Source: Nitrospirales bacterium (GTDB lineage Bacteria > Nitrospirota > Nitrospiria > Nitrospirales > UBA8639). Taken from it: 64,000 nucleotides of DNA. Positions 63,814-64,000 of this stretch are shown here, piece by piece. The notes beneath the pieces were generated by a model. The model was not told the origin of the DNA. It did no database searches and saw nothing but the letters and a program-made list of their open reading frames with translations. A program made the position numbers and the translations under genes. The stretch lies in assembly GCA_012270585.1 (NCBI GenBank), contig JAAXIB010000020.1, positions 13,187-77,186 of the forward strand. The letters run 5' to 3'. How positions within the stretch are numbered: the stretch's first letter is position 1; the number at the start of each line of letters is the position of its first letter.

Positions 63814-64000
63814 TTAGAGGTCTTCGAGTCGCCCCTGGGCTCTGGCGAGATCCACGCGCGACGCGTTGAAATTGAACAGTGCTTCGATGAGGTTGTCCCG
63901 GGCTTGCGCCACCCGCGTTTGGGCGTCCGTGACCTCGATATTGGTCGCCAGGCCGACCGCGAAGCGTCGCCGGGCGAGATGGAGTTCCTGGAACGCCAAC
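63814..64000 (-). CDS. C-terminal end of a TolC-family outer-membrane efflux protein (5' end outside window)
   Basis: ...ELHLARRRFAVGLATNIEVTDAQTRVAQARDNLIEALFNFNASRVDLARAQGRLEDL is the typical last OEP repeat. Confidence 0.55.
   Translation of the reverse strand, partial: LAFQELHLARRRFAVGLATNIEVTDAQTRVAQARDNLIEALFNFNASRVDLARAQGRLEDL

Overview
GC-rich bacterial chromosomal window; I cannot assign a taxon from the sequence alone. All calls rest on reading the supplied translations and the raw sequence, with no database searches. Coordinates of features absent from the ORF track may be off by 1-2 nt.

The backbone is ordinary housekeeping DNA:
- mreB-mreC-mreD-mrdA-rodA, rng, dprA and a topoisomerase III-like gene
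- tRNA-Leu, tig, clpP, clpX
- tRNA-Ser
- SRP RNA, dnaX, ybaB, recR
- prfC

Three regions look accessory or unusual.

1. nt 1-15.8 kb. A promoter-equipped 51-aa ORF carries a double-glycine-type leader motif. It sits next to a hydrophobic-compound export-like module (DUF2236/MpaB-like protein, RND/MMPL exporter, FAD oxidoreductase, LolA-like protein, outer-membrane barrel). A partner-switching module follows (STAS, REC-PP2C, RsbW-like kinase), wired to a binding protein and a histidine kinase. Beside it is an NCS2-type permease with a degenerate RsbW-like C-terminal domain.

2. nt 32.26-54.35 kb. This ~22 kb segment is the most interesting part. It is bracketed by a 35-36 nt direct repeat of the tRNA-Ser 3' end, and every convincing gene lies on the minus strand. 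The content reads like a zinc-limitation, metal-sparing gene set:
- three intact COG0523 GTPases plus two remnants
- extra copies of ribosomal proteins L28, L33, S18 and S14
- extra hisI, an Asp-rich (Cys-less) hemB, and pyrC
- a ZIP transporter
- a MerR-type regulator with a mer-like operator, followed by a 51-aa, 16-Cys metallothionein-like ORF
- a 48-nt hairpin element present twice, with a compensatory base-pair change
- a recurring AATGTTC/GAAAATG inverted-repeat box
- decay products: parA with an in-frame TGA, a map fragment, a CobW_C-only ORF

No integrase is visible.

3. nt 57.8-62.2 kb. REP-like hairpins, an AT-rich insert and three toxin-antitoxin modules, one with a decayed toxin.

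No rRNA genes or CRISPR arrays were seen.
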